DNA of 64,000 nucleotides. Source: Bacilli bacterium. Its GTDB lineage: Bacteria; Bacillota_I; Bacilli_A; RFN20; CAG-826. Shown here one piece after another: positions 29,792 through 40,096 of the stretch (within the stretch, counting starts at the first letter, position 1; each line of letters starts with the position of its first letter). The position numbers and the translations under genes were made by a program. The notes beneath the pieces were generated by a model. That model had not been told where the DNA came from. It worked only from the letters and a program-made list of their open reading frames with translations, and made no database searches. The DNA lies in contig JAVBTH010000001.1 of NCBI GenBank assembly GCA_031556235.1, positions 140,982-204,981 of the forward strand, written 5' to 3'.

Positions 29792-30037
29792 CTATTTTAT
29801 ACTTTCTAACGCTCTTGCGATTTGATCTCCGCAAGAAGTAGATTTAAAACCACATTCAATTCCTTTTAGTTTGGCGATCACATCTTCAATTTTCATGCCT
29901 TTAACTAAAGCAGTTATTGCCTTAATATTGCCAGAGCATCCACCGATTACAAATAAATCTAAAACGATACCATTTTCATGACAAATTTTAATTTCGCGCG
30001 AGCACACTCCACGTGGTTGATATATAATTGTTTCCAT
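29792..30037 (-). CDS. TSCPD-domain-like small protein (conserved Cys pattern, KSTSCGDQ)
   Basis: ORF trimmed to METIIY behind GAGGT; TSC-x-D-like motif near the C-terminus. Confidence 0.55.
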   Translation of the reverse strand: METIIYQPRGVCSREIKICHENGIVLDLFVIGGCSGNIKAITALVKGMKIEDVIAKLKGIECGFKSTSCGDQIARALESIK

Positions 30038-30183
30038 ATAATACCTCAATATTAATATTACCATATTATAAATATAATTAATCGCGATATGCAACTAAAA
30101 GAAAAAAACCTAATAATTCAAATAGTCACAATTATTTACAAAAAAAAATCTAGTTATTGACTAACTAGATACTTATTTTCAAC

Positions 30184-30756
30184 TTATTTAACTATTGTGC
30201 CGTATACTAATCCGCTTAATGCCGCGGCGTTACTTTCATCAGTGTCAATATGCATTGCTAACGCAAATGAATTATTTACACGAACCACTACATCACCAAA
30301 GACTAAAGAACGATTAGCGCTTTCCACTTTAACTGCGACCACTGCTTTATCCTTTAAATTTAAATCCTTAGCATCATCTTCAGTCATATGGATATGTCTT
30401 TTAGCTACAATTAAGCCTTCTTCTATAACGACCTCTCCGCAAGGGCCAACAAGTTTAATGGCAGCACTGCCTTTAATGTCGCCTGATTCACGAATTGGAG
30501 ATTCAACACCTAAGTTACGAGCATCCGTTAAAGACACTTCAGCTTGTGTAAACGCTCTTACTGGTCCTAATATTGAAGCGCCTGGAATAGTTTTTTTAGG
30601 TCCTACTAAATCAACTCTTTCATGGCATAAATATTGTCCTGGTTGTGATAAATCTTTCTTAATTGTTAATGTCGCACCTTTTCCAAATAACACCTCTAAA
30701 TGTTCTTGGCTTAAGTGTACGTGTCTTGCCGATGTTTCGATTAATATTTGTTTCAT
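30184..30756 (-). CDS. pduL: PduL-type phosphate acyltransferase (two RHxH repeats)
   Basis: SARHVHLS and AKRHIHMT duplicated motifs. Confidence 0.75.
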   Translation of the reverse strand: MKQILIETSARHVHLSQEHLEVLFGKGATLTIKKDLSQPGQYLCHERVDLVGPKKTIPGASILGPVRAFTQAEVSLTDARNLGVESPIRESGDIKGSAAIKLVGPCGEVVIEEGLIVAKRHIHMTEDDAKDLNLKDKAVVAVKVESANRSLVFGDVVVRVNNSFALAMHIDTDESNAAALSGLVYGTIVK

Positions 30757-30797
30757 TGTTCTTCTCCTTTAATGCGCATCAATTATACACAATTTTA

Positions 30798-32006
30798 CTA
30801 AACTTTTGTAGTCATTTGCGCTTTTTCTAGTAAATACTCGACAGCCTTAGTCCATAAATACGCGGACCATTTCCATCTTTTTGTATAAAACCGCAAGCGA
30901 TCTTCATCAACAATAATTTCTAGCACATCCTTATATTGCAAAAATGCGCGATCCATATCCTTCAAATAGATTGTATGGACAACTGAATCTTTTTTTGTTT
31001 GATAAGTTATTCTATCGTTATATAGCACTAGATCAGCACGATCGAATGGTTTTTTAAAGAATTCTCCAAGTTTTGTGTAAGCTACGTCAATATCTTCTAC
31101 TTTTAAAATAATTTCATCATCTTGCTTATCAAAACAAATCTTTCTTAATTCGCTTAATTGCCAATCGTCCCAAAGCGAAGTGCAATCAAACGGCATATCA
31201 CAGTTTGCGTGAAAGAAACTATAATGATCTAGTTTTGCTTCAAAGTCACATTCTTTGCAATAAACCGTGCAATTCTTACTTTTAAGCGTTTCTAACTTAT
31301 GACATTTCGGACACATAAATAGTCCTAATTCCATCCATTCCGCACGTTTTTTGCCGTATTGTTTAACTCTTGCGGTTCTTTGCCACTTCATTTCGTCCAC
31401 CGTTATTCCGTTGACAATTCGTTCGTGTAAATTATCTATTTCCATTGCTTCCAATTCATTAGGAAGTATCACATCATTAACTGAATATGTTATATGACTA
31501 TGATATGGATATTTTGCCACACGCGTTGCCCTTAAATGTGCTCCAGTAAGTGACAATATGACAACTGGACATTTAAACTTTTTCACTAGCTTAGCAATAC
31601 TATTTTCAATTGGCAATGTTCGGCCAAACATATGAATGTCGCCTTCAGGATATATGCCGATACTTTTACCACGTTTCAAGTACTTCATCATTTCACGAAT
31701 TGGAGTAATATCTTGATGCGTCGCGCCCCGTTTGATTTCACCTAAAACAGTTCCTGAGAAAAATCTTAGGAACTTATTTTTAAATAGTTCATCATGAGCA
31801 ACAAAATGTATGATTCGCGATGGAAACATGACATTCATATACAAACCATCCCAATTGGAATGGTGATTACTTATAAATACAATTGGACCTTTAGGAATTT
31901 TAAAGCCATTACGCTTAAATCTTACGTGCTGACACACATAAAAGTAAAAGCTGAAAATTACTTTAAAAATCGAGTAGGTAATTGCCTGAATAATACTCTT
32001 AAACAT
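30798..32006 (-). CDS. PlsC-family acyltransferase (1-acyl-sn-glycerol-3-phosphate acyltransferase-like) with a C-terminal extension
   Basis: NHHSNWD (HxxxxD) acyltransferase motif. Confidence 0.7.
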   Translation of the reverse strand: MFKSIIQAITYSIFKVIFSFYFYVCQHVRFKRNGFKIPKGPIVFISNHHSNWDGLYMNVMFPSRIIHFVAHDELFKNKFLRFFSGTVLGEIKRGATHQDITPIREMMKYLKRGKSIGIYPEGDIHMFGRTLPIENSIAKLVKKFKCPVVILSLTGAHLRATRVAKYPYHSHITYSVNDVILPNELEAMEIDNLHERIVNGITVDEMKWQRTARVKQYGKKRAEWMELGLFMCPKCHKLETLKSKNCTVYCKECDFEAKLDHYSFFHANCDMPFDCTSLWDDWQLSELRKICFDKQDDEIILKVEDIDVAYTKLGEFFKKPFDRADLVLYNDRITYQTKKDSVVHTIYLKDMDRAFLQYKDVLEIIVDEDRLRFYTKRWKWSAYLWTKAVEYLLEKAQMTTKV

Positions 32007-32008
32007 TT

Positions 32009-34327
32009 TTATTCGCTTTCCTTCTCATAGTATTCTTTTAATACTTTACGATATTCACGACGAACTTTTTTAGCAATATCGGACCAAGAATTAGGCAATG
32101 TTTCTTGTGCTTTCTCCCCGACTTGTTTCATGAGTTTTGGTTGTGAGAAAATCTCTTCGATTCGTTTTGTTAAAGACTCAACATTTTCCTCAGCAAGGAA
32201 ACCATTATCGTTGTCTTTCATATTTTCAGCGGCGTTTGAACCTTTAATTAAAAGTGAAGGGACTTTCATCGTCGCGGCTTCACAAACCACTATTCCAAAT
32301 GTGTCATAAGTTGAAGGGAAAAAGAATAGATCGGATGCTCCATAAATTCCTTGTAATTGTTCCATCTGAGCGATTTTACCAAGAAATTGCACGCCTTTTT
32401 CAAGTAAGCCTTTCTTTTCGGCGTATGATTTGACAGCTTTTTCATTGCCACCTTCGCCTACAAGAAGTAATTTATAGCGAGAATCTTTTTTATGAAGCGA
32501 TTCAAAAGTATCTAAAATTAATTTCAGGTTCTTTTGCCAAATCAAGTGACCAACAAATAATAATACGCGGTCATCTTTATTAATTCCATAAGCTGTTTTT
32601 GCATCTTCAATCAATTTAGATGGATTACTTGGCGCAACAAAATTAGTTCCATTAGGCATCACTGTAATTTTACCTTTGTAACCATATCCTCTTAATGTTT
32701 CCGCGGTGGATTCACTTACGGTCCAAACTGCATCACATTTATTTAAGAAGTTTACAACATACTTGACGCCTTGTTTAGCAATGAACTTTGATTTAGACAT
32801 TGTTAAGAAATCATCATAATATTTGCTGTGTAAAGTAGCAATCACCGGCACATGATTTCTGCGAGCCATTTTCACTGCATAATGTCCCATAACGAATGGA
32901 GAATGAGCGTGATATAAAGTTATTTTACCTTCACTAATACGATCTTTTAACTTTTTGCTTCTTTTTGGTCTTGCCATTGGATATTCAATTTTTGGAACGC
33001 GCATCGATGGAGTTCTGACAACCTCGTATCCACGTTTTTCTTCAACATAATTTTTACTTTTCGGTGCGATAACGATGGTTCTAACATGCTTTTTATTTAA
33101 TTCAATCGCATAATTATCCACCACTTTAACAACGCCATCAATTATCGGATAAAAGTTATCATTAAATAACGCCACTGAAAATTCATCATCTGTTTCTTCA
33201 TCGACGCGTTCAATAACATTTTCAATTTTCTGCTTAATTTTTACAGCCTTTTTCTTATTAATATTACCAACTATAACAAGTATCAATCCCACGATAATAA
33301 TTAAATAGAAAGTAATAAATCTCCATAACAACATGCCAAATACTAAGTATCCAGCGTTTAAAATAAACTGCTCAAAGATCATCTTAAAGCTATATTCTGC
33401 TGCGCCAGCGGTACCAGGCGTTGGAATAAATGTCACCGATGCATAAGCAAAGAAAGCTAAAGCCACGCATTGAACATAACTCGCCGATTCTCCTGAAGCC
33501 AAAATCACAAAGAATGGGATACTTGTTAAAGCAAGGTGTGTAAGCATCGAGAACACTAAGCATATAACTAGTATTAGCTTCGCATCTTTAAATTCGCGAA
33601 TACTTTCGCTATAACTATTAATAGTGTTATGAACATTATTAAGTTGTTTTTCTTCATTTCTAACAATTTTCATTTTTGCTAATAAGTGAATAAAGCCATC
33701 AATAATTTTCATGATTGCTTTTGGGAAAATTGATAAAAGAATTATTAATAAAGGTACTAAAATGGTAATTGACGCTCCTACATAAGCAAGAATACGAATT
33801 CCATCGGTTACCATTGAAATTGGTACAATGATAAAAGCACCAACACATAATATAACGAACCCTAATCTACTTAGAAAAAATGATATAATCGGCAATGCAC
33901 CAGCTTGACCAGCGGTTAGACCTGCCTTTTTTAGGTAAAATATTTGGAATGGTTGTCCTCCACTAGCAAGCGGAGTAATATTATCGTAGTATTTACCAAT
34001 AATTGTTGTCTTTAGCGAAATACGAAAGTTTGTTGTTCCGGTTTTTTTGCGAATCATTAAGAGATATTTCAAAGATTCAAAGATTTGAGCTAAAAAGTAT
34101 AGACCAAATGCTATGACTAGGAATACCCAATTATCCATCCAAGTGGCAAAAACAGTTCCAAAGCTAGCAACTTGCGCTCCGGAAGCGTCGCCCTTAAGAC
34201 TAGACCAAATAACATATACGACAAGCGCGATACTTGCGATAATAAGTAAAGTAGAAAATATTTGTTTCTTCTTATTTTTAGGTGCTTTATCAACTTCGTT
34301 TTCTATTACGATTTTTTCAGTTTCCAA
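32009..34327 (-). CDS. Fusion protein: N-terminal flippase-like polytopic membrane domain (MprF/UPF0104-like) plus C-terminal GT4 glycosyltransferase
   Basis: About 350 aa of TM helices followed by a GT-B domain with a ...FFFPSTYDTFGIVVCEAATMKVP motif. Confidence 0.7.
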   Translation of the reverse strand: METEKIVIENEVDKAPKNKKKQIFSTLLIIASIALVVYVIWSSLKGDASGAQVASFGTVFATWMDNWVFLVIAFGLYFLAQIFESLKYLLMIRKKTGTTNFRISLKTTIIGKYYDNITPLASGGQPFQIFYLKKAGLTAGQAGALPIISFFLSRLGFVILCVGAFIIVPISMVTDGIRILAYVGASITILVPLLIILLSIFPKAIMKIIDGFIHLLAKMKIVRNEEKQLNNVHNTINSYSESIREFKDAKLILVICLVFSMLTHLALTSIPFFVILASGESASYVQCVALAFFAYASVTFIPTPGTAGAAEYSFKMIFEQFILNAGYLVFGMLLWRFITFYLIIIVGLILVIVGNINKKKAVKIKQKIENVIERVDEETDDEFSVALFNDNFYPIIDGVVKVVDNYAIELNKKHVRTIVIAPKSKNYVEEKRGYEVVRTPSMRVPKIEYPMARPKRSKKLKDRISEGKITLYHAHSPFVMGHYAVKMARRNHVPVIATLHSKYYDDFLTMSKSKFIAKQGVKYVVNFLNKCDAVWTVSESTAETLRGYGYKGKITVMPNGTNFVAPSNPSKLIEDAKTAYGINKDDRVLLFVGHLIWQKNLKLILDTFESLHKKDSRYKLLLVGEGGNEKAVKSYAEKKGLLEKGVQFLGKIAQMEQLQGIYGASDLFFFPSTYDTFGIVVCEAATMKVPSLLIKGSNAAENMKDNDNGFLAEENVESLTKRIEEIFSQPKLMKQVGEKAQETLPNSWSDIAKKVRREYRKVLKEYYEKESE

Positions 34328-34616
34328 GATTTTGCTCTCCTGATTTTATCTATATTTTTGAAATGCACTCAATTATATTTAAGTGCATTGTATATTATAC
34401 ACTAATATCATCAAAACTAGTAAAAAAATTACTATTTTATTAACAAAATATTAAAAAATCTTTTCTCTAGTGGTTTTATTTCAAAAACTAAGAAAAAAAT
34501 AGTTCTTTTAAGGAGTATAAGCCAATTTATTTTGCAATTTTGGCAACTTAAGAGTAATCTTGAGATAACAACGCAGACTAGTTGCGTATTATATTATATT
34601 AAGATGGAGAAACCAT

Positions 34617-36005
34617 ATGGAAAACAACTTACTCACAATTGAGCAAATCAATGAGATCATTAGCGAAAAAAATGTAAAAAAATTACGTCTAATATTTGAA
34701 GAGGTCGACGCAATTGATATCGCAGAAGTGTGCAATAAAATTGACAACATTTCTGAACTTCTTTTCATCTTTAAGACTGTCAAAAGTGAATACACTGCAG
34801 AACTTTTCGCATATCTTGACTCTGAACAACAAGAAAAATTAATTAGTGCATTTAGTGATAAAGAGATTACCGAATTGATTGATAACTCATTTACTGACGA
34901 CATTGTTGACTTCATTGAGGATTTGCCTGCAAATCTTGTAAATCGTGTTCTTAATGCTTCAAGCAAAGATATGCGCACCCATATCAATCATCTTCTTAAC
35001 TATAAAGAAGGAACCGCTGGTTCAATCATGACGACCGAATATGTCCAACTCAAAAGCACGATAACCGCCGAAGAGGCACTAAAGAAAATTCGCAAAGACG
35101 GCAAAAACGCAGAATCAATTTACTCGACATTCGTCGTCGATGAAAAAAGAAATCTCGTCGGCGTATTATATCTTGAAGAACTTATATATGCAGAGCCAGA
35201 AGCATTAGTCGCAGATATCATGAATAAAGAGTTTAAAACCGCGAATGTATCTGACGATCAGGAAGATGTCGTTACAACCTTTAAACGTTATGACTTACAC
35301 ATACTACCGGTCCTTAATCAAGATCAACGGTTAGTTGGAATGATTACGATTGACGATATTGTCGACGTTATCGAAGATGAAGCTAGTGAAGATATCGAGA
35401 AAATGGCGGGTTTACAACCTCTTGATGATACATATTTTAAAACTTCTGCGCCAAAAATGGCGAGTAAGCGCGTTACTTGGCTATTAATCCTCATGATCTC
35501 TGCAACTTTTACAAGCATGATTATTTCAAAATTTGAATCATCACTCCAAAAAATCACTATTTTAAGTGCCTTCATTCCGATGCTAATGGATACGAGTGGC
35601 AACGCCGGAGGGCAAACTACTTCATTAATTACACGTGGATTAGCCACTAAAGAATTCACTACTCGCGATTATCTAAAAGTACTTTGGAAAGAATTTCGTG
35701 TTGCACTTATCGCCGGTTTAATTGTCGCTGTGGCTAACTTCCTTTGGATTTTCCTTGAGTTAAGTATAGGCTTAGTTGAGCCATCTCCTGAAGTTCAAAA
35801 TTGGCAAATCGCCGCGTTAGTGGCGTCAACATTATTTATTACCATTTTATTTTCAAAAACAGTGGGTGCATCGCTTCCAATGCTTGCAAAAAAACTACAT
35901 TTAGATCCGGCATTAATGTCTGGACCATTAGTTACTACAATCGTCGACGCAATCGCACTTATTACCTACTTCACTATTTGTACACAAATTCTGCATTTAG
36001 TCTAA
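34617..36005 (+). CDS. mgtE: Magnesium transporter MgtE (MgtE-N, CBS pair, 5-TM domain)
   Basis: Domain order and the GNAGGQTTSLITRGLA motif. Confidence 0.9.
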   Translation: MENNLLTIEQINEIISEKNVKKLRLIFEEVDAIDIAEVCNKIDNISELLFIFKTVKSEYTAELFAYLDSEQQEKLISAFSDKEITELIDNSFTDDIVDFIEDLPANLVNRVLNASSKDMRTHINHLLNYKEGTAGSIMTTEYVQLKSTITAEEALKKIRKDGKNAESIYSTFVVDEKRNLVGVLYLEELIYAEPEALVADIMNKEFKTANVSDDQEDVVTTFKRYDLHILPVLNQDQRLVGMITIDDIVDVIEDEASEDIEKMAGLQPLDDTYFKTSAPKMASKRVTWLLILMISATFTSMIISKFESSLQKITILSAFIPMLMDTSGNAGGQTTSLITRGLATKEFTTRDYLKVLWKEFRVALIAGLIVAVANFLWIFLELSIGLVEPSPEVQNWQIAALVASTLFITILFSKTVGASLPMLAKKLHLDPALMSGPLVTTIVDAIALITYFTICTQILHLV

Positions 36006-36034
36006 AAAAAGAATCCATGAAATTCATGGATTTT

Positions 36035-36592
36035 TTATTTTTTATATTCACTTTTTAGTATTCCGTAAAATGCACAATCACAAAGTCCATTATTTCCGGT
36101 ATAACGCGCTCTAAGGGTACCTTCATATTTCATGCCGCATTTCATCATAACGCGACCAGAGTTAGGATTTTCTGTGTCATGGCGAGCTTCAACCTTATTA
36201 AACCCAACCTCGTTAATAAAGAATTCTATTACTCTTGCCAGCGCTTCTGAAGTAATACCTTGATTCCACCAGCTATGACCAATGCAATAGCCAATGCATA
36301 CTACTTGCGTTTTATCATGAACTTCCGCGGCACTGATTGTACCGATAGGATTATTTTCGTCTCCTTTAAGTGTGATGCCCCATTGATAGAAATCTTTATT
36401 ATTATATTTGTTAATCCATTCCATCAAAACATCCTTTGTTACTTCTTCATTTCCATGTGGAGCCCATGATAAATACTTTGTGACTTGTGGGTCGTTTGCC
36501 CAGTTTAAAAACATTGGGTGACTATCTTCAATTATTAGTCTTCTTAATACTAATCTTTCTGTCTCTAATTTGATCGTACCTAAATGATTCAT
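36035..36592 (-). CDS. GNAT-family N-acetyltransferase (RimJ/RimL-like)
   Basis: LVLRRLIIEDSHPMFLNWANDPQVTKYL and a GNAT core. Confidence 0.8.
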   Translation of the reverse strand: MNHLGTIKLETERLVLRRLIIEDSHPMFLNWANDPQVTKYLSWAPHGNEEVTKDVLMEWINKYNNKDFYQWGITLKGDENNPIGTISAAEVHDKTQVVCIGYCIGHSWWNQGITSEALARVIEFFINEVGFNKVEARHDTENPNSGRVMMKCGMKYEGTLRARYTGNNGLCDCAFYGILKSEYKK

Positions 36593-36651
36593 ATTGGCTC
36601 TCCTATCTGCTTTATGACTAGTTTAGCACAGTCTATACTGTAATTAAATCT

Positions 36652-37236
36652 TTACGCCATGCCAATAGAAATTCCAACGATAAAAGCAAACAATATAATG
36701 AATAATGATATGATAAAGAAAACATAAGCAATCCATCTCAAGACAAATTGGTTTTTTGGTCTTTTTGCAATAAATGCTGACAATAAAACCAAAATAACAT
36801 TAACTATGCAAACTATTAGCGATATTAGGACCATTGGGTTATTTTTACTAAATGCGTTACTCATCAAAGAATACTCTATAACCTTGGTATTAGGGAATGG
36901 ATTTACATATCTTTCATAAGAGAAAATAGGTAAAAAAATGAGAATTGACCAAACTGTTGAGAGACTAATTATTATCCACGATGCAATCTTATTTGCATTT
37001 CTACTCGTTTTAAAATAATCTAGCATAAGTTGCGCGGATTGTTCTTGATCAATTAAATCTGAGAATTTTTTATTAAAATAAATCGCGATTTTTTCGACAT
37101 TTTCTTTAGAAGGAAGTACCGCGCCAGTTTCATACTTAGTAATTAAAGTTCGCGAAACAAAAATAGCGGCCGCCAATTCTTCTTGCGTAATGTTTTGTTC
37201 TGTTCTTAGTTTTTTAAGTTTCTCACCAAAGTTCAT
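36652..37236 (-). CDS. XRE-family HTH regulator fused to a C-terminal membrane domain
   Basis: LKKLRTEQNITQEELAAAIFVSRTLITKYETG HTH plus 3-4 TM helices; start set at the ATG behind GGTGAGGTGAAG. Confidence 0.7.
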   Translation of the reverse strand: MNFGEKLKKLRTEQNITQEELAAAIFVSRTLITKYETGAVLPSKENVEKIAIYFNKKFSDLIDQEQSAQLMLDYFKTSRNANKIASWIIISLSTVWSILIFLPIFSYERYVNPFPNTKVIEYSLMSNAFSKNNPMVLISLIVCIVNVILVLLSAFIAKRPKNQFVLRWIAYVFFIISLFIILFAFIVGISIGMA

Positions 37237-37284
37237 ACTCTTCACCTCACCATTATTATACACAAGCGCATAACTTTTTCGTTG

Positions 37285-37326
37285 TGAATTAATAATTCAC
37301 AATGTGAAATCTGGGTGAATTATTGA
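37285..37326. promoter_or_regulatory. Candidate operator upstream of the XRE gene: perfect palindrome GTGAATTAATAATTCAC plus two further GTGAA(T/A)T half-sites
   Basis: 17-bp perfect palindrome at 37285-37301; repeats at 37305 and 37316. Confidence 0.35.
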
Positions 37327-37375
37327 AAAAATTAAAATAAATCCTTTTCAAGTGAGCCAATCTTCCCAATAACAA

Positions 37376-37407
37376 ACAAAAAAAGTCCGACGGTAACGGA
37401 CTTTTAC
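37376..37407. terminator. Intrinsic terminator downstream of tRNA-Leu (agtccg/cggact stem flanked by A/T runs)
   Basis: Hairpin plus a U-run on the minus strand. Confidence 0.6.
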
Positions 37408-37414
37408 ACTTATA

Positions 37415-37498
<84 letters not shown>

Positions 37499-37958
37499 AT
37501 CGTAGACTATTATAGTAAATCTTCGTAATGTATTCAAGATTTTTATAAAATATTATTTATAAAAGCATTACATGTAAATTGCAAATTATAGACACAACAC
37601 AAATATCAAATATAAATAAACCCTTTTTGTCATTAAAAAACTTTTTTCAATTTTTAAAACAATTTAAAACTCTTCTTCACTTTTACTATTATATAAGTAG
37701 TCATTTTTGATTTTTTAGAATTTTACATATGAATGAAGGGGGATTTTTATTAAAGAAGAGAATTATAAATCAAAGTTATTTAAACCGATAGATGATAAAA
37801 TCTCTCAAACACAGCCTGAAGAAGATATAAATAGTAACTCTAATTCTAAAGATTCAATTAAAATCAAACATAAATTAAACTTTAAAGAACTAAAAGAATT
37901 ATCTTTTGAAAATCAATTAGATAAATATGAGAATGGAGAAATTCATGAAACGGCAATT

Positions 37959-38333
37959 TTGTATGTGGGAAATGTCCCTAACATTTATAAACTATTTGGT
38001 TCTCAAGGAGAATCAATTTTAATTTCTAAGGCCATAATCGATAAAATTGTAAGTCAGCACGATATTTCAGTTAAGGAATTAAAACTAATACCAAAAAGAA
38101 TTAATGATCCAATATTTATTTTTAAAGGAAATTCTTCAAATTATAACTCAATTGTTTCAGTTATTGATATGGTCGACAATAATGGGAGACAAATTATAAT
38201 CCCTATCTATATGAATGAAGTTAGAGGAAAAAAACTAGTTAATCGTATAGCGAGTATTTATGGTAGAAATAACTTTCAAAACTACGTTCAAGAACAAGGT
38301 TTAAAAGGAAATTTATTATATAAAAAGCAATAA
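37959..38333 (+). CDS. Hypothetical protein or gene remnant: reading frame open from 37737 but no in-frame ATG, TTG start assigned at 37959
   Basis: ORF track (TTG start); see finding. Confidence 0.35.
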   Translation: MYVGNVPNIYKLFGSQGESILISKAIIDKIVSQHDISVKELKLIPKRINDPIFIFKGNSSNYNSIVSVIDMVDNNGRQIIIPIYMNEVRGKKLVNRIASIYGRNNFQNYVQEQGLKGNLLYKKQ

Positions 38334-38337
38334 AAAA

Positions 38338-38384
38338 AGAAATATTCAGCATGTTCGCTACAATTGCCCCAAGTGAATATTTCT
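38338..38384. terminator. Hairpin (agaaatattca/tgaatatttct, 11-bp stem) between convergent genes
   Basis: Inverted repeat read in the sequence. Confidence 0.45.
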
Positions 38385-38475
38385 ATATTATTATTTTATG
38401 CAATTTTAAATAAATATGCAATAGTTTTCTTTAGCATTTTGTGTCAATTTTGTCACTATAATTTTCGATTTAGAA

Positions 38476-39198
38476 CTACTCTTCTTTAGTTTCGATGCTG
38501 ACATCAATAATTTCTTGCTCTGCTATTCTATCATGCATTTCGATTTTATTTTGTTGTTCAATTTTCTTAATTTTAGTATCATTCTTGCGATGTTTTTTAT
38601 TGTGCTTTTCATGGTGATCAACTTCTTCACCTTCAATTTGCTCTTTTTCCTGTTTTTTCTTGGCGCGTTTTACGCTTTCAGTAATGAATAAAAGCAACAC
38701 AGTCATAAACCCATCAAGAATCATCACGATCGCTGTGAACAATGTTAAGAATTTAGAATGTTTAGTAGTGTCTAGTACACAAAGAACAATTCCACAGGAA
38801 ATCATAATGACAATTAATATATAATCAAACCATAATTTAGATAAGCCCTCTTTTTTGTAACTGATACACTCTGCAAGTTTAAATGCATTTTTAATTATGA
38901 TAATTAAACCTACAATAATGGGATATAAACTTAAAAGTAGTTCTGATTGAATTACAAGTACTAATCCAATTACTGCCCAGCAAATCGCCTCTGCTATATT
39001 GTCGCTATCGTGATACTTCTTTTTGGTGATAATATATGCAAAAAGTTTCACTAAGCCGATAAAAGCAAAAACGCCACCTAAACAGTAGCAAGTAATCTCT
39101 TCTGTTTTCTCAGGATATATCATTAATAATACACCAACGACGACAAGTACTAATGAAAATACAACATTTCCAACTGTTTGTTTACGAAAAAAGTTCAT
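38476..39198 (-). CDS. Polytopic membrane protein with a charged/His-rich C-terminal tail (DUF308/HdeD-like?)
   Basis: Six hydrophobic helices, then a KKKQEKEQIEGEEVDHHEKHNKKHRK tail. Confidence 0.5.
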   Translation of the reverse strand: MNFFRKQTVGNVVFSLVLVVVGVLLMIYPEKTEEITCYCLGGVFAFIGLVKLFAYIITKKKYHDSDNIAEAICWAVIGLVLVIQSELLLSLYPIIVGLIIIIKNAFKLAECISYKKEGLSKLWFDYILIVIMISCGIVLCVLDTTKHSKFLTLFTAIVMILDGFMTVLLLFITESVKRAKKKQEKEQIEGEEVDHHEKHNKKHRKNDTKIKKIEQQNKIEMHDRIAEQEIIDVSIETKEE

Positions 39199-39403
39199 AA
39201 AATCACCTCATATATTTATTATAACTTAGGAGTAACTTATTGACTAGTGAGAATCAATTTTTGTAGCAATTAAAATCCAAAAATTACCAAAAATATTTTG
39301 TATATATAAATTTATCTTTCACATAATAATAGTGCAGTAAGGAAAACGATTCGATTCGTAGACCAAGACTGCACAGGTGGTCTTAACCACCAAAACAAAT
39401 GTC

Positions 39404-40057
39404 CTACCCACGTAGGACATTTATTTTTTTATATAACTCTTCGGCATTATGGACAATTACTGCATTTTCTAATGTATTTAACCTTTCGATGCTTGCAAAT
39501 CCCCATGATACAAGAATAGATTTCACTTTCGCGTTTTGCGCTGCTTCAAAATCAAGTGGAGTATCGCCAACATAAACAGTTTCTTTATCGCTTACTCCTA
39601 GTAATTGCATTGCATAATTAATACCTGTGGGATTTGGTTTTTTGGGAATAGTTGATGTTTCTCCTATAAAAACTTCCATTCTATCCATAAAAAATGAACC
39701 TAATGATTTTACAGCCCGATCATACTTATTAGACACTACCGCCATTTTAATACTATTTAAGTGGAGCTTTTCTAGTAGCTCTAAGATTCCTGGATATGGC
39801 ATTGTATTATCTTTACAATGTAAATCATAATGGCATCTAAAGTCCGCGACGCATTTATCGAGCACAACTGGACTTGTCGATTCCGGCAATGCGCGCGTGA
39901 GCAAAACCCGAATGCCATTACCAATAAATCCTAATACTTCTTCTTTTGAATGGCTATTGAATCCATTTTGCACTAAAGCGTGATTTACCGAAATAGTTAA
40001 GTCATTTAGTGTATCTAACAAAGTGCCATCTAAATCAAAAATAACTGCTTTAATCAT
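39404..40057 (-). CDS. HAD-IA family phosphatase (phosphoglycolate phosphatase-like)
   Basis: MIKAVIFDLDGTLLDT motif; start trimmed to the internal Met. Confidence 0.8.
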   Translation of the reverse strand: MIKAVIFDLDGTLLDTLNDLTISVNHALVQNGFNSHSKEEVLGFIGNGIRVLLTRALPESTSPVVLDKCVADFRCHYDLHCKDNTMPYPGILELLEKLHLNSIKMAVVSNKYDRAVKSLGSFFMDRMEVFIGETSTIPKKPNPTGINYAMQLLGVSDKETVYVGDTPLDFEAAQNAKVKSILVSWGFASIERLNTLENAVIVHNAEELYKKINVLRG

Positions 40058-40073
40058 GATATCCTCCTTAAAA

Positions 40074-40096
40074 ATAAAAGTCCGCGAGGGACTTTT
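40074..40096. terminator. Hairpin terminator aaagtcc-gcgag-ggacttt between the pepF stop and the HAD gene start
   Basis: Stem-loop with flanking A/T runs. Confidence 0.5.

Noticed and set aside
34328-34616. A 290-nt region upstream of mgtE, considered as a possible M-box (Mg2+) riboswitch
   Set aside because: No match to the M-box conserved core was recognisable by eye. Only small hairpins (ACGCAGACTAGTTGCGT) are present.
39399-39430. Strong palindrome ATGTCCTAC-CCAC-GTAGGACAT with a T-run, initially read as a plus-strand terminator with no upstream plus-strand gene
   Set aside because: It overlaps the stop codon of the minus-strand HAD gene. On the minus strand it is followed by UUUGUUUU and a second hairpin (GGTGGTTAAGACCACC), so it most likely terminates the minus-strand transcript instead.
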